Shown: positions 19,928 through 30,241 of the stretch, in pieces | Layout of the letters: every line of letters begins with the position of its first letter | How positions within the stretch are numbered: position 1 is the stretch's first letter | Assembly (NCBI GenBank): GCA_963666055.2 | Contig: CAXWPH010000015.1 | Span: 32,001-96,000, forward strand | Direction of reading: 5' to 3' | DNA: 64,000 bases | Origin: Acidobacteriota bacterium | GTDB lineage: Bacteria; Acidobacteriota; UBA890; WLXD01 | Notes under the pieces: model-generated | The model's database searches: none | Seen by the model: only the letters and a program-made list of their open reading frames with translations | What the model was told of the DNA's origin: nothing | Position numbers and translations under genes: made by a program

Positions 19928-19955
19928 CTAGCAGGCCTTGGTGGAAGTGTAGCGG
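19928..19955 (+). repeat. CTAG-ended repeat family, end fragment
   Basis: CTAGCAGGCCTTGGTGGAAGTGTAGCGG. Confidence 0.7.
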
Positions 19956-20081
19956 CTCTGATTACGACGAGTTGGGGTCGGGGTCAAGCGATCCAACCGT
20001 CCGACTCGGGCGTGAAACCTACACCGAGCGAGGCCGTCTTAGTCTGGTGAAGCTCCTCTCAACGAACGTGATTCAGGTCTT

Positions 20082-21140
20082 ATGAACGCCATCGAGACCC
20101 TCGGCCTGTCGAAGACGTACGGCGGCGGCCCCTTCGGGTCGCGAGTCGATGCGCTCCGCAACGTGAGCATCGATGTCGGAGAAGGCGAGGCGTTCGGGCT
20201 GCTGGGACCGAACGGGGCCGGGAAAACCACGCTCGTCAAGATACTGCTGGGGCTGGTGCATCCCACCGACGGCACCGCGATGCTACTGGGTGAGCCTGCC
20301 GGCAGTCCCAAGTCGCGCACAAACGTCGGCTACATGCCGGAGCGACGCGAGTATCCTGACTTTCTGACCGCCGCCCAGGTTCTGGAGCTATTCGGCCGCC
20401 TGCTCGGGATGGACAAGCAAGCTCGATCTCGGCGTATCGACGTCGTTCTCGAGGAGGTCGAGATGTCGAATTGGCGCGACCACCGCGTCGGCGGATTCTC
20501 CAAGGGAATGCAGCAACGTTTGGCGCTGGCGCAGGCACTGTTGCCGGACCCACACGTGCTGTTCCTGGATGAGCCTACCGAGGGCATCGATCCGCTCGGC
20601 AGGGTATCGATCCGCGGCATCCTGCGGCGCAACCTCGAGAAGGGCAGAACACTGTTCATAAACTCGCACATGCTCGGCGAGGTCGAGCTCTTGTGCGACC
20701 GTGTGGCCATCCTCGTCAAGGGTCGGGTTCGGCGCGAGGGGCCGCTGAGCTCACTGCAGGCGCCCAACCCCGAATACCGTCTGGTGCTCGCGGCCACCGA
20801 CGACGAGGCGCGCGCCGCGCTGGCAGCTACCGGCGACGAGCACGAAGTCCTCGCAGCGCCACCCGGACGCAGCGCCTGGCGCCTGAGCGTCAGCGATCGG
20901 GGCGAGCTCAACGCGGCGCTCGATCGGGTGCGTCAATCTGGCATCGAGATCGAGGAAGTTCAGCGCGTCCGCGCCAGCCTCGAGGATGTGTTCGTGCAGA
21001 CGATCAGCGACGCCTCGTCGGAGGATTCGGAGGCCGGCCTGCCCGGCGGAGCGAGGTCCGACCAGGCGGGCGACGCCGACCCGCCGGCACCAGCCGACGA
21101 GCCCACCCCGGTTACTGTCACTACCGAGACGATGTCATGA
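20082..21140 (+). CDS. ABC transporter ATP-binding protein
   Basis: GPNGAGKT, FSKGM, FLDEPT. Confidence 0.93.
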   Translation: MNAIETLGLSKTYGGGPFGSRVDALRNVSIDVGEGEAFGLLGPNGAGKTTLVKILLGLVHPTDGTAMLLGEPAGSPKSRTNVGYMPERREYPDFLTAAQVLELFGRLLGMDKQARSRRIDVVLEEVEMSNWRDHRVGGFSKGMQQRLALAQALLPDPHVLFLDEPTEGIDPLGRVSIRGILRRNLEKGRTLFINSHMLGEVELLCDRVAILVKGRVRREGPLSSLQAPNPEYRLVLAATDDEARAALAATGDEHEVLAAPPGRSAWRLSVSDRGELNAALDRVRQSGIEIEEVQRVRASLEDVFVQTISDASSEDSEAGLPGGARSDQAGDADPPAPADEPTPVTVTTETMS

Positions 21141-22051
21141 CGGACGCTGCCATCTCGACACTCGGCTCCCCGGCAGTCAGCGGAGCCCGCCTTACGCTCC
21201 AGCAGCTCGGGGCGCTGGTCGGCTACACCATACGAGAGGCTCGCCACAAATGGACGCTGGTGGCGCTGTTCGTGCTCACCACGTTGTTCCTTGTCGGACT
21301 GGCGACGGTGATCTCCGTCGACGTGGTCGAGGGAATGATCGCTTCGGCAAGATTGTTCGGCACCATCCCGCTGCAGATCGGCGGTAACCAGATCTCTATT
21401 GCCGACGCCGTCACCGTGATCCAGGTGGCCATCGTCAGCTTGCTGAGCACTTTCGGGCTCGTGCTATCGCTATTTGTCACCGGCAACATCATCCCGCGAA
21501 CCCTGCGCACCGGCTGGGTCGACCTGCTGGCGTCGCAGCCGGTAGCACGCATCACGCTGGTGCTCGGCCGCGCGCTGGGCGCCATCGCGGTGGTCACGTT
21601 GGCCGTCGCCTACCTGTTCGGGGGCAGCTGGTTGTTGCTCACCTGGAAGACCGGCTTCGGTAATGCCGGGTTCCTGCTGGCGGGCCTGACGGTGCTGTTC
21701 ACCTTCGCGTGTTGCTACGCCGGTATGGTGCTCGTGGGAATTCTTACCGGGAGCAGCCCGGTGAGCATCATCGCCGGCATCGGCATCTGGTTCCTGGGCC
21801 TGATCCTGTACCCCCTGCACACGTATTCCGAGTGGACGACCGCGTTCCGTGCCGGCTGGCCGCGGTCGCTGGCCAGCGGAATCGCGGAGACGTTGTACTG
21901 GGTGCTGCCCAAGACGCTGGAGCTGACCGAACGCGCCAGTCAGGCCACCCGTCTCGAGTCCATTTCGCTGACTCCGATGTGGACGTCCTTGCCGTTCCCG
22001 CTGATCTGCTTGGCACTGGCATGTTGGTGGTTCGCGCGTCAGGATTACTGA
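21137..22051 (+). CDS. ABC-2 type transporter permease
   Basis: ATGA-coupled to the ATPase, about six TM segments, ends FARQDY. Confidence 0.85.
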   Translation: MTDAAISTLGSPAVSGARLTLQQLGALVGYTIREARHKWTLVALFVLTTLFLVGLATVISVDVVEGMIASARLFGTIPLQIGGNQISIADAVTVIQVAIVSLLSTFGLVLSLFVTGNIIPRTLRTGWVDLLASQPVARITLVLGRALGAIAVVTLAVAYLFGGSWLLLTWKTGFGNAGFLLAGLTVLFTFACCYAGMVLVGILTGSSPVSIIAGIGIWFLGLILYPLHTYSEWTTAFRAGWPRSLASGIAETLYWVLPKTLELTERASQATRLESISLTPMWTSLPFPLICLALACWWFARQDY

Positions 22052-22090
22052 GCGATCAAACTACCGAGAGAATCTCGTGGAGGAACGAGC

Positions 22091-23218
22091 ATGAGCATCA
22101 AGCTGGCCTACGATCGGGCCTTTCCGTTGACCACCATCGTCTGGGCTCTGGCGCTGTTGCTGATGCCACCGATAGCATGCTCGGGCACCGCCGCGCCCAC
22201 CGCGGATGGCCCCCCCGGTGACGAGGCCGCGGCGCAGGGCGACCTGATCGCGCGGCTGCCGGCCGACGCCACGACCGTCGGGCTGATCAATTTCACCGCA
22301 TTGCGCAACAGTCCCGTCTACGATTTCTTGCGGAGCGAGGGCGCCGCCGTCGGCGACCCTGGCAAGTTCGAAGATCTCATGGCCGAGACCGGTATCGACC
22401 CCCGCACTGACCTGCATCGCATCGCGTTCATATCCAGCCAGTGGTTCTCGGAGGAGATGGGCGATGCGTCCGGCGCCATCGTGGTGGCAACCTTCGACCG
22501 CGACAAGCTGCTCGAATCGATCGCCGGACAGCCGACGGAAGAGTACGGCGGCTACACGCTTTACTCCGCCGATGGTTGGGGTCGCAGCGATGAGGAGGGC
22601 GAACAGCCGGACGACGACGCGGACGACGACCCGGACAGCGACGACCCGGATGAGGATGACGACGGCGACGATGGCTACCTGACGATCCTCGATGACAACA
22701 CCGTGGCGTTCGGCGGCAGCCGCACCATTCGCGCCATCATCGACGTCGCCAACGGCGCTGCGTCGGCGCGCACCAACACGCAACTCATGGGCTTGCTCGA
22801 GGACGTCGATCCCGACAGTGAGACCTGGTTCGTCTCGGCGAACGACGGATTGTTCAAGGACATCACGCCGAACGACAGCGCTCCGATGCAGCAGATTCCC
22901 ATCGATCGCATCAATGCGATGATCCTGTCGCTACGACTGGCGGACGGTATCCGGGTGAACCTGCGCGGTCGTACGGCGGACTCCTCCGATGCCAAGCTAC
23001 TCGGCGACTCGCTCAACGGCATGCTTGCCTTCGGCAAGATGATGATCCAGGGCAGCGACCCCGACGTTTTCGCCATCCTCGACCGCGGCATCACGGCCGG
23101 CAGCAGCGGACGCGACGTGACGTTCCGCGCCGATCTGTCGATCTCCGACCTGGAAGCGTTGCGCGACTATGCGCACAAGGCGTTCGGGGATTCGGCGGAA
23201 GAAGAACCCGGGGAGTAG
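22091..23218 (+). CDS. Putative lipoprotein with Asp-rich loop
   Basis: Lipobox-like PIAC; acidic tract encoded at about 22590-22672. Confidence 0.7.
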   Translation: MSIKLAYDRAFPLTTIVWALALLLMPPIACSGTAAPTADGPPGDEAAAQGDLIARLPADATTVGLINFTALRNSPVYDFLRSEGAAVGDPGKFEDLMAETGIDPRTDLHRIAFISSQWFSEEMGDASGAIVVATFDRDKLLESIAGQPTEEYGGYTLYSADGWGRSDEEGEQPDDDADDDPDSDDPDEDDDGDDGYLTILDDNTVAFGGSRTIRAIIDVANGAASARTNTQLMGLLEDVDPDSETWFVSANDGLFKDITPNDSAPMQQIPIDRINAMILSLRLADGIRVNLRGRTADSSDAKLLGDSLNGMLAFGKMMIQGSDPDVFAILDRGITAGSSGRDVTFRADLSISDLEALRDYAHKAFGDSAEEEPGE

Positions 23219-23262
23219 GACCCTGTCGCCAGGCCCGCCACACTTCCACCACGGCCTGCTAG
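23219..23262 (-). repeat. CTAG-ended repeat family, half copy filling the gap between convergent genes
   Basis: GACCCTGTCGCCAGGCCCGCCACACTTCCACCACGGCCTGCTAG. Confidence 0.85.
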
Positions 23263-24671
23263 CCTCCAGGCAGGCTAGCGAGCAGCGTCAACACGTCGAA
23301 CAGCATTCGCGGCGCTCGACGGATCGAGTCGACGGACAGGCGCTCGTCGACAGCGTGGCCCTGGCCATCGCCGGGCCGCAGCAGGATCGGTGACCAGCCG
23401 TAGGCGACGATGTCTTGCTCGCGGAAGAAGTGGCTGTCGGTGAAGCCGGCGAGCACGATCGGGATCACCGCGGCACGGGAGTCGTCACGGCGAGCCGCCT
23501 CCTCGATCGCTCCCCACAGCGCCGTGTCGCGCGGCGAGGCCGAGGGCTCGAAGCTCAGCAGAGTCTCGATCTCGATCTCGTTGTCGTCGATCACATCGCG
23601 CAACGACGCGATGAACAGCTCGGGCCTCTCCCCCGGGAGGAGCCGGCAGTCGAGCTCGGCGGCGGCGACGGCAGATATTACGTTCGTCTTCGAGCTTCCC
23701 TCGATCACGGTGATCGCGATGGTGTTGCGGAGCAGGTTACCGAACGGCACCTCCAACGCATCAAGCATGTGGGGCAGGGCGATGGTGCGCTCGATGACGC
23801 GCATTTCAGCAGCCAGGTCGAGGTCGGCCTCGACGGTTGCCGCGGCTCGAATCGCCTCGGCGACGGCAGGCACCAGCCGGATCGCCGGCCGGTAAGTGCG
23901 GACGCGATCCAGCGCCCGAACTAGCCGATTAGCGGCCGACGTGGGAATCGCGCGCGCCCCGTGACCGGCCGGCCCACGCGCCGTAAGACGCAGCCAAAGG
24001 GGGGTCTTCTGTGTCGTCTCGATGCTATGAACCGTCCGATCGCCGACGGCGTGCACGCTGCCACCCTCGGTGAGCACGAACTCGACGCCTTCGAGCAAGT
24101 CGGGGCGCTCGCGAACAATGTAGCCTGCCCCTTCGAAGCCACCGGTCTCCTCCGCCGCCGTCGCCATGAAGATCACATCGCGGCCGAGCTCGATGCCGGC
24201 ACGGTGGAGCGCTGTCATGGCAAGAAACTGCACAATGGCTTCGGCCTTCATGTCGGCCACCCCACGACCGTAGATGTGACCATCGACCAGGTCGCCGCCG
24301 AATGGGTCGACGTTCCAGAAACGTTCGTCGGCCGGTACCACGTCGGTATGGTTGAGCAACACCACGTGACCGCCGAGCGTGCCGTTGCCCGGTAGGCGGG
24401 CCACGACGTTGCTGCGCCCCGGCTCGCTCTCGAAGATCTCGTAGGGGATTCCTTCGGCGGTGAACAGCGCGGCGAAGAAATCGGTCGCCAGATACTCGTT
24501 TCCGGGTGGGTTTACGGTGCGAATCCGCACGTAGTGACGTAGCAACGCCACCGCCTCGTCGCCCAGCGCCTCCCAGTCGATCCCCTGTGCGGCGGCACCG
24601 ACCGGGTTGCCAACGCAGATGCCGAGCGCAAAGGCGATCAAGACTGCACGCGCAGCTCGGCTACGAACCAT
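23259..24671 (-). CDS. M20/M25/M40 family metallopeptidase
   Basis: NHTDVV, GRGVADMK, AEETGG, GFTDSH, HAVDER. Confidence 0.92.
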   Translation of the reverse strand: MVRSRAARAVLIAFALGICVGNPVGAAAQGIDWEALGDEAVALLRHYVRIRTVNPPGNEYLATDFFAALFTAEGIPYEIFESEPGRSNVVARLPGNGTLGGHVVLLNHTDVVPADERFWNVDPFGGDLVDGHIYGRGVADMKAEAIVQFLAMTALHRAGIELGRDVIFMATAAEETGGFEGAGYIVRERPDLLEGVEFVLTEGGSVHAVGDRTVHSIETTQKTPLWLRLTARGPAGHGARAIPTSAANRLVRALDRVRTYRPAIRLVPAVAEAIRAAATVEADLDLAAEMRVIERTIALPHMLDALEVPFGNLLRNTIAITVIEGSSKTNVISAVAAAELDCRLLPGERPELFIASLRDVIDDNEIEIETLLSFEPSASPRDTALWGAIEEAARRDDSRAAVIPIVLAGFTDSHFFREQDIVAYGWSPILLRPGDGQGHAVDERLSVDSIRRAPRMLFDVLTLLASLPGG

Positions 24672-24779
24672 GTCGCCTCCTCTATCGTTGATGGTCGAGC
24701 ACTCGGGGGACCGCCCAAGCACAAGCTTACCCCGTGTTACGCTGCCCTGAGCAGCCTGCTACGTGCCCCCGGGAAACAC

Positions 24780-25814
24780 ATGAATCGAACTGTGCTCATC
24801 TTCATCGCGCTGCTCTTGGCAGCAGCCGGAGGCGTGGCGTTCTATCTGGACCTGATTCCGGTGCCGGGCCCAACCTACACCGTGGTCACCACGTTGTATG
24901 ACACCGACGCCAGCGGTACCGCCGACCTTCGCCTGCACGACATCGTCGCCACCGCACGCTTGTGGTACTGGGACCGTGACGACGACGGCGTTGCCGATGT
25001 GGTTGCCTACGACGCCGCGATCGGCCCCGAGGATCAGCTGCAGCCTTCCGGCGGCATCACCGCCTGGGACTACGGCGGCGATTCGATCCTCGACGAGGGC
25101 ACGGTGCCGGGGGCCCTGCAAGAATTGCTGCGTTCCGAGCCGTATGCTGCCGCACTGGCCGCCAGCGAGCCCGGCAACGTGGAGTTGGTGGACATGCGGG
25201 TGCGCGAGTTCGTTGGCGAGCTCAGCCGGCGATACGACGACTGGCGCCTGTCGGGCTTCGAACTGCCGGTGCCGGGCGCGAGGCTACCCGACGCTGATCG
25301 ACTGCTGCCCGGCGCGACCCGCGTCTATCGCTCCGGTATCCATCAAGGCTTCGACATGTACGGCGGCCACGTCGGTGTGCCGACCGGCTATGGCGCCACC
25401 GTCGTAGCGGCGAAAGCCGGCACCGTAGTGCGCGCCGACATCAACTACGTGGAGCTGACGCCCGATCAGTACGCCGAGGTCATCGCCAGGTCACGCGCCG
25501 CCGGGACCACACCCCCGGCCGAGCTTGATTCGCTGCGGGGTCGTCAGATCTGGATCGACCATGGCCACGGCGTTGTCACCCGGTACGCCCATCTGTCGGG
25601 CATCGCTCCCGGCATCGAGCCGGGTGCCGCGATCGGGGCGCGAGCAGTCATTGGATTCGTCGGCAACTCGGGCATGGAAGCCGGCGCCAACGGCGCCCGT
25701 GGCGGAGCCCACCTACACTTCGAGTTGCGCACCGACGATCGATATCTGGGCGAGGGCATGACCCCCGAGGCGATCCGCGCCCTGGCCAATCGGATCTTCG
25801 GCCTGGAGAACTAG
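24780..25814 (+). CDS. M23 family metallopeptidase
   Basis: HQGFD, YAHLS, HLHFE. Confidence 0.9.
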   Translation: MNRTVLIFIALLLAAAGGVAFYLDLIPVPGPTYTVVTTLYDTDASGTADLRLHDIVATARLWYWDRDDDGVADVVAYDAAIGPEDQLQPSGGITAWDYGGDSILDEGTVPGALQELLRSEPYAAALAASEPGNVELVDMRVREFVGELSRRYDDWRLSGFELPVPGARLPDADRLLPGATRVYRSGIHQGFDMYGGHVGVPTGYGATVVAAKAGTVVRADINYVELTPDQYAEVIARSRAAGTTPPAELDSLRGRQIWIDHGHGVVTRYAHLSGIAPGIEPGAAIGARAVIGFVGNSGMEAGANGARGGAHLHFELRTDDRYLGEGMTPEAIRALANRIFGLEN

Positions 25815-25860
25815 GCTCGCTGATTTTTCGTGCGCCGCGGCGAAGTGCCGCCGCCGGTCA

Positions 25861-26448
25861 TCAGAGCAGCCAATTCACCATCAGCGCCATCAGCGCCAGC
25901 GCCCCGTTGAACGCTACGGCCACGACCAGCGCCGCCACTGCCGGCACCGCAATCAGGGCGATAGCACGGACTCGATCGAGGCCATACACACGCTCGGCTA
26001 CAAACACCACCGCGGCCAGCTGCCACAGCCACAGCGCCCAGCCGAAGAACGCCTGGATCACCGGAATACCGATGATCCAGAACGCCAGGTAGGTGTGGCC
26101 GAAGGGTCGATAGAAGGCCAGAAAGTCGCGCTTGGCGCTGAGCACGACCACGGCACCCAGATGAATGACGCCGGCGAACAGGAAGCTGCCTGCCAGGTAG
26201 ACAACGCTGTAACCGAGGTGACCAGCGAGCGATGAGCCAAAGCCGGCAGCGGTGGCTACACCGGCGAGCGCCGCAATCGTCGCCGCGGCCAGGAAGGCGC
26301 CCTCGTCGTGGGTCGCCTCATCGACCGCAGCAGCGCGGAACCGCAGGATATCGAGCGCCGAGCGGATCCTCTCGAGCACACCGCCGTGAAGGTCGTCCGA
26401 TGCTGAGGCAGCATCAACGAGTCGAGCCGAGCTCTCCTGCGCCGTCAT
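25861..26448 (-). CDS. YIP1-like membrane protein
   Basis: Five TM segments, in operon with a second YIP1-like gene. Confidence 0.65.
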   Translation of the reverse strand: MTAQESSARLVDAASASDDLHGGVLERIRSALDILRFRAAAVDEATHDEGAFLAAATIAALAGVATAAGFGSSLAGHLGYSVVYLAGSFLFAGVIHLGAVVVLSAKRDFLAFYRPFGHTYLAFWIIGIPVIQAFFGWALWLWQLAAVVFVAERVYGLDRVRAIALIAVPAVAALVVAVAFNGALALMALMVNWLL

Positions 26449-26449
26449 A

Positions 26450-26863
26450 TCACCCCCGGAACCAGAGCAGTAGGTACCCCCAGTTTAGCGCCAACCCGGC
26501 GACGATTGCCCGGCGGCCAACAACCGGCAAGACCGTCGGGATGCGCGGTGGCTCGAGCCACCCGACGAGCATCAGCGTGGCCAGCGGCAGCCACCCAAGC
26601 GCAGCGAGTCCGCCGAGCGCCACCAGTGGGTTCCAGGCCAGTGCCTCGATCGCGTCGCCGGTCACTAGAGCGACCAGCGCGCGCGTCCCACCGCAGATCA
26701 CACAGGGAATTCCGACGAGCGTCAGCAATGGGCAGCGCGTGTAGACAAGGCCCTCCCATAACGGGTGCAGTCGGGCGCTGGCCAGTGCACTGGCCGCCAC
26801 CAGTGCCGCCAGGGCTACCTCGACCTTTCCCAGCCGCACCGCCCGCAGGCGAGGACCGCTCAT
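26450..26863 (-). CDS. DUF2752 family membrane protein
   Basis: CPLLTLVGIPCVICGGTRA...WNPL. Confidence 0.85.
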   Translation of the reverse strand: MSGPRLRAVRLGKVEVALAALVAASALASARLHPLWEGLVYTRCPLLTLVGIPCVICGGTRALVALVTGDAIEALAWNPLVALGGLAALGWLPLATLMLVGWLEPPRIPTVLPVVGRRAIVAGLALNWGYLLLWFRG

Positions 26864-27585
26864 CCGCCCACAGCTCCAGCGAGAGCGCCCATCGTGCTGA
26901 GCATGAGGAGCGACAGCAACAGACAACAGCACGCCAACAGGTACGGCACCAGGACGGCAGCCGCCGCACGGCCACTGGGAACACCCTGCGCTTCGCGCAA
27001 GCCAATGGTGGAGCTGACGATCCCCCACAAACTGGCCACGAGGGTGCCGCAAAACGGTATGGCGAGCCAGATATAGTTGGCGCCGGCCGCGTAGCACACC
27101 GTCTTGAGCGTCGTTTCGGGCGGATGCGGAGCACCGCCGAACAACAGCAGCAACAGGTGATAAATCCCCGTGAGGACGACCGCAAAGACGAGCACTGCAA
27201 GGGGTGCGAGAATGAACTGGATAATTCCGACGGTGTTGACGGCAGCGATCTCACCGAAGTTGAGCCCGCCGATTGAGCCGATCATGGTGCGGGTTGCCGC
27301 CCCCCACAGCAGCCCGAAGAAGCTGCCGAACGTACCGACGATGAGCAGGAAACCGATCGCCCCTCCGACGTCGCCGCTCCGACGCATGCTTCGGAAGGCC
27401 TCGGTCGGCGACAGCAGCACCATGCGGACGGTGTCCAACGCGCCAGTGGCCGAGCGGCCGGGGTCGTCCGTTTCCCATGGAAGTCCGGGGCGCCCGGACG
27501 CACCGGCTTCACCAGGTGCATGGTCAGGGGCAGGAGTTGCCTCATCAGGGGCAGGCGGCAGAGCCCCTTCCTCGCTGTCGGTCAC
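26860..27585 (-). CDS. YIP1 family protein
   Basis: LPWE...VLLSPTEAFRSM, IPFCG, five TM segments. Confidence 0.8.
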   Translation of the reverse strand: MTDSEEGALPPAPDEATPAPDHAPGEAGASGRPGLPWETDDPGRSATGALDTVRMVLLSPTEAFRSMRRSGDVGGAIGFLLIVGTFGSFFGLLWGAATRTMIGSIGGLNFGEIAAVNTVGIIQFILAPLAVLVFAVVLTGIYHLLLLLFGGAPHPPETTLKTVCYAAGANYIWLAIPFCGTLVASLWGIVSSTIGLREAQGVPSGRAAAAVLVPYLLACCCLLLSLLMLSTMGALAGAVGG

Positions 27586-27820
27586 CGTGTCGCCCCCTCG
27601 AGCGTCCGCGCGACCTGGTCCATGCGGTGCGCGGCCGACGCTGCTAGTCTGGAATGAGATGCTGAATCAGGCGGTCGAATCCGATCGCGATGTCGATTCG
27701 TTTACCCATCGTCCATTGCTATCCGTTATCTTAAGTGGATTCGGACGTGCGTGGACGAACTACTGACCTCGTCGCTCTTGCACCCGACGGGCACCCCGCC
27801 GTCGCAACCAGCAATAAATC

Positions 27821-29476
27821 ATGACAGCCAAGCGCAAGACCCTCTTCGTAACGGTGCTCATTGCCGCGCTGGCGGTTTCGATTGCGGCCGGGCCAGCAGC
27901 GATCACCAAGGCGCGCGGCTTCTACAAGCGGCTCGAGGTTCTCGGCCGCATGTTCGAAATCATCGAGATGTACTACGTCGAGGAGATCGCGGCGGAGGAC
28001 ATGTTCGAGTACGCCGTCGGCGGCGTACTGAAGAACCTCGACCCCCACTCGCATTACTACACCGCCGACGAGTACCGGAACCTGCAGGAGCGCTACCGAG
28101 GCGACTACTTCGGCATCGGCATCCAGTTCGACGTCTTCGACGGCGTGCTCACGGTGTTGGACGCTCTGGAGGGAGGCCCATCGCAACGGCTTGGCCTGCG
28201 CCCGGGCGATCAGATCGTTCGTATCGAGGGCGAGGATGCGAAGGGGCTCGACAACGAGCAAATCTTTGCGCGACTGCGTGGTCCCAAAGGAACTCGCGTC
28301 ACCGTGACGGTGCGGCGCCCCGCTCTCGACGAGGAGTGGGATGTGCACATCACGCGCGACCAGGTCGAGGTGTCGTCCATCCTGGCGGCGACGATGCTCG
28401 AGCCCGATGTCGGCTACGTGTGGCTCAGCACCTTCTCGCAGAAAGGCGCCGCTCAACTCGAGGAGCACCTGCGCGACTTCGAGCAACGCGGCATGCGGGC
28501 CTTTATTCTGGACCTGCGTGGCAATCGTGGCGGCCTCATGAGCCAGGCGATCCGCATTACCGACAAGTTCCTGTCGGGCGGCAAGAAGATCCTCGTCACC
28601 AAGGGCCGCACCGCGAATGCCAGCGGCGAGAATCTGTCGACTGATCGCGATACGCATTCCAACACGCCGATGATCGTGCTCGTCGACCACCAGTCGGCAA
28701 GCGCCTCGGAGATCGTCGCCGGTGCCCTGCAGGACTGGGACCGTGCGCTGGTAGTAGGACAGGTGACCTTCGGCAAGGCGCTGGTCCAGAACCAGTTCCC
28801 TTTCGACGACGGCTCGGCCCTCTTTCTGACCATCGCGAGGTACTACACGCCGAGCGGCCGACTCATCCAGCGCCCCTACGTTGACGGTAGCGACGAGGCG
28901 TACTTCAACCCGGACTGGGAAGCTATCGAGGGATCGACTGATGGCACCGTGGGCGAATCGGAAGACGGTGCGGAGCCCATCGAGCGCCCGATGTTCCACA
29001 CCGAAGCCGGCCGTCCCGTCTACGGCGGCGGCGGCATCGTTCCAGACGTCAGCATCGACCCGACCGAAGTGTCGAGCCTGGCTGTGTGGCTCTACAACCG
29101 CCGGCTAACGTTCCAGTTCGCCACCCGTTACGTGGCCGAGAATGCGGCGACGCTCCCCACCGATCTCGACGCCTATCTCGACGGGTTCAGCGTCGACGAC
29201 GCTGTGGTCGACGAGTTCATCGAGTTCCTGCGCTGGCCCTCCTTGCGCGAGCAGCTCGACGCCGCCCAGGTGCCGCTCGACGAGGAAACCCTCGACGGCG
29301 CCCGCGAGGACATCCGCATGTACTTGCAAGCCCACATCGCCGGCAACATCTGGGGTCTCCGGGCCGGGCGCGTCGTGCTGCTGCGATACGACAGCCAGGT
29401 ACAACAGTCGCTCGGTCTGGTGCAGCAAGCAGCCAACCTCATGGAGCTCAAGCCGGGGGCGGTAGCCAGCTTCTAG
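27821..29476 (+). CDS. S41 family carboxy-terminal processing protease
   Basis: LDPHS, PDZ GIGI, DLRGNRGG, SASASEIVAGALQD, TFGKALVQ. Confidence 0.93.
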   Translation: MTAKRKTLFVTVLIAALAVSIAAGPAAITKARGFYKRLEVLGRMFEIIEMYYVEEIAAEDMFEYAVGGVLKNLDPHSHYYTADEYRNLQERYRGDYFGIGIQFDVFDGVLTVLDALEGGPSQRLGLRPGDQIVRIEGEDAKGLDNEQIFARLRGPKGTRVTVTVRRPALDEEWDVHITRDQVEVSSILAATMLEPDVGYVWLSTFSQKGAAQLEEHLRDFEQRGMRAFILDLRGNRGGLMSQAIRITDKFLSGGKKILVTKGRTANASGENLSTDRDTHSNTPMIVLVDHQSASASEIVAGALQDWDRALVVGQVTFGKALVQNQFPFDDGSALFLTIARYYTPSGRLIQRPYVDGSDEAYFNPDWEAIEGSTDGTVGESEDGAEPIERPMFHTEAGRPVYGGGGIVPDVSIDPTEVSSLAVWLYNRRLTFQFATRYVAENAATLPTDLDAYLDGFSVDDAVVDEFIEFLRWPSLREQLDAAQVPLDEETLDGAREDIRMYLQAHIAGNIWGLRAGRVVLLRYDSQVQQSLGLVQQAANLMELKPGAVASF

Positions 29477-29483
29477 CAGGCCG

Positions 29484-30089
29484 CTAGTGTTCTGTAGCAC
29501 CCGCCGGATCGACCGTTCGTCGGCGCCACCACCGCGCCCACAGCAGGAACGGACCCACGAGCACCGTCTCGAGTGCCATGGCGCGCGCGTTGTGCATCGA
29601 CACCAGACTGCGCAAGAATTCGCCTGCCGACACCTGGCCAACCACCTTGTCGACCCTCTCGAACAGCGGATAGAAGTGGATCCAGACAGCGGAAATGGGC
29701 CACAGCATCTGCTCGCCCACAGGCGGGCTCGGATCCTCCGTGAGCGCGTCCAGCAGCACATGCGAGCCCAGCAGCAGGGCGACGATCAACGCCGTTCCAT
29801 AGAGCCCGCTCGGCAGGTCGCCGCGCAGTTGCCATTCCCAGCGACGTGCGTACCAGGCCACCGCGGCGACGACCAACCCGACCCCGACTGCGGTGATCAG
29901 CGAATGGCTAGCGCCACGATGAAACCGGTTCGGGTCGCCGATGAGCAGGCCCGGCAACAGGTCGAGATCCGCCGCATTCGCCAGCCCGATCGCCATCAGC
30001 AGCCGCCGCCAACCACGCAGGTCGCCGTCCTTGTCCAGCGCCGTGTAGATGACACCGGCAGCCAGGCTATGGCCAATCGGCAGCGGCAT
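29484..30089 (-). CDS. Membrane-bound metal-dependent hydrolase (YdjM-like)
   Basis: GHSL, ADLD, HRGASHS, SHVLLD. Confidence 0.85.
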   Translation of the reverse strand: MPLPIGHSLAAGVIYTALDKDGDLRGWRRLLMAIGLANAADLDLLPGLLIGDPNRFHRGASHSLITAVGVGLVVAAVAWYARRWEWQLRGDLPSGLYGTALIVALLLGSHVLLDALTEDPSPPVGEQMLWPISAVWIHFYPLFERVDKVVGQVSAGEFLRSLVSMHNARAMALETVLVGPFLLWARWWRRRTVDPAGATEH

Positions 30090-30241
30090 CGCTTCCCACC
30101 CGGTTCTTGCCCACACGAGCGACGATCGTTAGCATATCGAGACTCGGCCGAGGCGCGCGCTCGGCCATCGATCACGATCTCATGGTAGCCGGCTTCCCGC
30201 CCGTCGGCGTTTCCTCCCCACACGGGCCCACGTAACCAACC